Translations under genes and position numbers: made by a program
Assembly: GCA_045638385.1 (NCBI GenBank)
Contig: JAZUBI010000123.1
Span: 1 to 60,880 of the forward strand
Direction of reading: 5' to 3'
Source of the DNA: Eubacteriales bacterium
GTDB taxonomy: Bacteria > Bacillota > Clostridia > Oscillospirales > CAG-272
Length of the DNA: 60,880 nucleotides
Notes under the pieces: model-generated
Seen by the model: only the letters and a program-made list of their open reading frames with translations
The model's database searches: none
What the model was told of the DNA's origin: nothing
Shown here: piece after piece, positions 59,056 through 60,880 of the stretch
Position numbering within the stretch: position 1 is the stretch's first letter
How the letters are laid out: each line of letters opens with the position of its first letter

Positions 59056-60843
59056 ATGAAAAAGTTTCTTTCAGTAATGCTTGCTGCTGCATTGGTTGTT
59101 GCAACTCTCGTTGTTGTAACCATTGTTCCCGCAGCTGCAGCTGACGAGGGTGACTGGTCGGTATATGCGATCAAGTCACAGTATCTTGACGGTTATGCAG
59201 ATATTATGCATGACGTTCCCGGATACGAGTACACAGAGGAGGGTCTTAGAATGATCCCCGCAACATGGAAGGATTCCAACCCTTACGCAACCTTCCAGAC
59301 CACCGATCCCGTTAATTTGAAGGATGGTGTTTACCTCCAGGTAAGAGTTGACGAGTTCACATACGACTCAGGCGACAGATGGTTCGGATTCAGCATCTGG
59401 GATCAGCAGAACGTTGAGCTCGGTAAGCAGGGTGATGACTACGGTTACGGCGTCGAGACTCTTATTCGTATTGTTGGTACACTCGAAGCTGATCTCGCAC
59501 AGTACAATCCTGAAGACCAGTCCACTTGGCCAGGCGCATACAGAAGCCTTGAGTGGTACAAGGACCTTGAAGAGGGACAGAGAATCAAGTGCACAAACTC
59601 TGCAAACGATAAGCTCTTCGTAAACAACTTCGTAGAGAAGAAGGATGCAGACGGCAACGTTGTTACCGATGAGAACGGCAACACCGTTTACTGCCCTGTT
59701 CTTACTCTTGAGATAGTTTGGGACGTTGATTCCGAGACCTATGCGATCTCTATCAACGGCGTACCCGCTCCCGATGCATACAACCGTGCTGCTACCGATT
59801 ACTTCGGCGAGCGCGGTGATGAGGCTTATATCGGTTTCTCGCTCCAGAACAACACTCTCGGCGGAACCGCTGGCTGTACCATCCTTAAGTGGGGTACTTC
59901 TGCAGAGGATGCAGAGGTTCCTGAGGGCGATGACAGCGCAGAGCCTGATGAATACTTCAACGAGAAGGCTCCCTTGGCTGATCCCGATGGCATTCAGGCA
60001 GGCGCTCCCGCAATCACACTTAACGGTGTTCGCGGCGAATCCAATGTAGCAGGTAAGCCCTCTTCCGTTTTGGGTAACAAGATCGTTGTTAATGAGGACG
60101 GTTCTGTTAACCTTCAGGCATCTGCAGATAACTCTGCTAACATTAAGTTCGTTGTTGACAACGGAACATCTTACGCAGTTGCAGATTTCCCGATTGTTGT
60201 TATGATCACGAGAAACTTCTGCACATGTACATATACCGATGAGGATATGGACGGTGTTCTCGATGAGTACTGTAAGTGCACAGAGACTGTAAATACCCTC
60301 GCACTTGTTGGTGATATCGTACAGGAGGCAAGCCAGTACTCCGCAAAGAGCAACGCTCTTGCATACTGGGAGCCCTACACTGTAGGTGATGACTTCTATC
60401 ACTACTTCATTTTCGACTGGTCCACTATTGCCGGTGTTGAAGGAAGAATTAACGGTCTCCGTGTTGACTTCGCAGGCATGAAGGGTACCGATGCTGAAAG
60501 AAACAATCTCGATATTTGCGAGATCGCGTTCTTCAGAACACAGGCTGAGGCTGAGGCTTACTTCGCAGCATACCTCGAGGAGCTTGGCGGTGAGGTTGAG
60601 AATAATACAGATACAACCGAGCCCGACACCGGTGATAACGGTGGCAACGTAACCACTGAGCCCGGTTCAACCCCTGTTACCGAGCCCGAGAGCGAGACTA
60701 AGTCTGAGACCTCCGATTCCGGAAGCTCAGATAAGACCACAACTGAGAAGAAGGGTTGCGGCGGTGTAGTTGGCGTTGGTGCAATCGCAGTTGTTGCTCT
60801 TGCAGCAGCAGGTCTTGTTTCCTTCAAGAAGAAAGAAGACTAA
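59056..60843 (+). CDS. Secreted acidic surface protein with T/E/P-rich linker and GCGG-TM-basic tail (paralog 2)
   Basis: Signal peptide ending AAAA; colinear with paralog 1 (VPGYEYTE.GL.MIPA.W, GRING.R.D); C-terminus GCGGVVGVGAIAVVALAAAGLVSFKKKED. Confidence 0.88.
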   Translation: MKKFLSVMLAAALVVATLVVVTIVPAAAADEGDWSVYAIKSQYLDGYADIMHDVPGYEYTEEGLRMIPATWKDSNPYATFQTTDPVNLKDGVYLQVRVDEFTYDSGDRWFGFSIWDQQNVELGKQGDDYGYGVETLIRIVGTLEADLAQYNPEDQSTWPGAYRSLEWYKDLEEGQRIKCTNSANDKLFVNNFVEKKDADGNVVTDENGNTVYCPVLTLEIVWDVDSETYAISINGVPAPDAYNRAATDYFGERGDEAYIGFSLQNNTLGGTAGCTILKWGTSAEDAEVPEGDDSAEPDEYFNEKAPLADPDGIQAGAPAITLNGVRGESNVAGKPSSVLGNKIVVNEDGSVNLQASADNSANIKFVVDNGTSYAVADFPIVVMITRNFCTCTYTDEDMDGVLDEYCKCTETVNTLALVGDIVQEASQYSAKSNALAYWEPYTVGDDFYHYFIFDWSTIAGVEGRINGLRVDFAGMKGTDAERNNLDICEIAFFRTQAEAEAYFAAYLEELGGEVENNTDTTEPDTGDNGGNVTTEPGSTPVTEPESETKSETSDSGSSDKTTTEKKGCGGVVGVGAIAVVALAAAGLVSFKKKED

Positions 60844-60880
60844 TTTGAATTGATATTCAAATAACAAAAATCCCCGATGC

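Noticed and set aside
60861-60880. Start of a probable terminator (aaaaatccccgatgc)
   Set aside because: Cut off by the window edge, so the second arm cannot be seen.

Overview
Core-chromosome window from a spore-forming Firmicute, most likely Clostridia (inferred from the sporulation genes ylbJ, yqfC, yqfD, dacF, yabP and yabQ, a T-box, cdaA-cdaR, mecA and strong sigmaA promoters). It is mostly housekeeping: valS with a Val T-box, tRNA-Thr(GGT), phoH-ybeY-era-recO, rimM-trmD, ptsH, uvrC, rsmD-coaD, uvrBA, pgi, cdaAR, recJ-rel-dtd-hemZ, mazG, hup, divIC, udg, mecA and a DinG/XPD-type helicase. I saw no CRISPR array, integrase, transposase, phage gene or recognisable defence system. Three unexplained signals stand out. 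(1) Two tandem paralogous secreted proteins at the right end finish in a GCGG + transmembrane + basic tail, a candidate Cys-based, non-LPXTG sorting signal. (2) Three small palindromic non-coding elements lie in the first 4.6 kb: a REP/MITE-like element, a 120-bp hairpin inside the valS T-box leader, and a tandem tRNA-Thr pseudo-copy with a 44-bp insert in its T-arm. (3) A recurring hairpin acts as terminator and Shine-Dalgarno sequesterer and overlaps a sigmaE-like promoter, in front of sporulation-type genes that follow housekeeping genes. All product calls come from recognising motifs and gene order by eye; no database searches were run.
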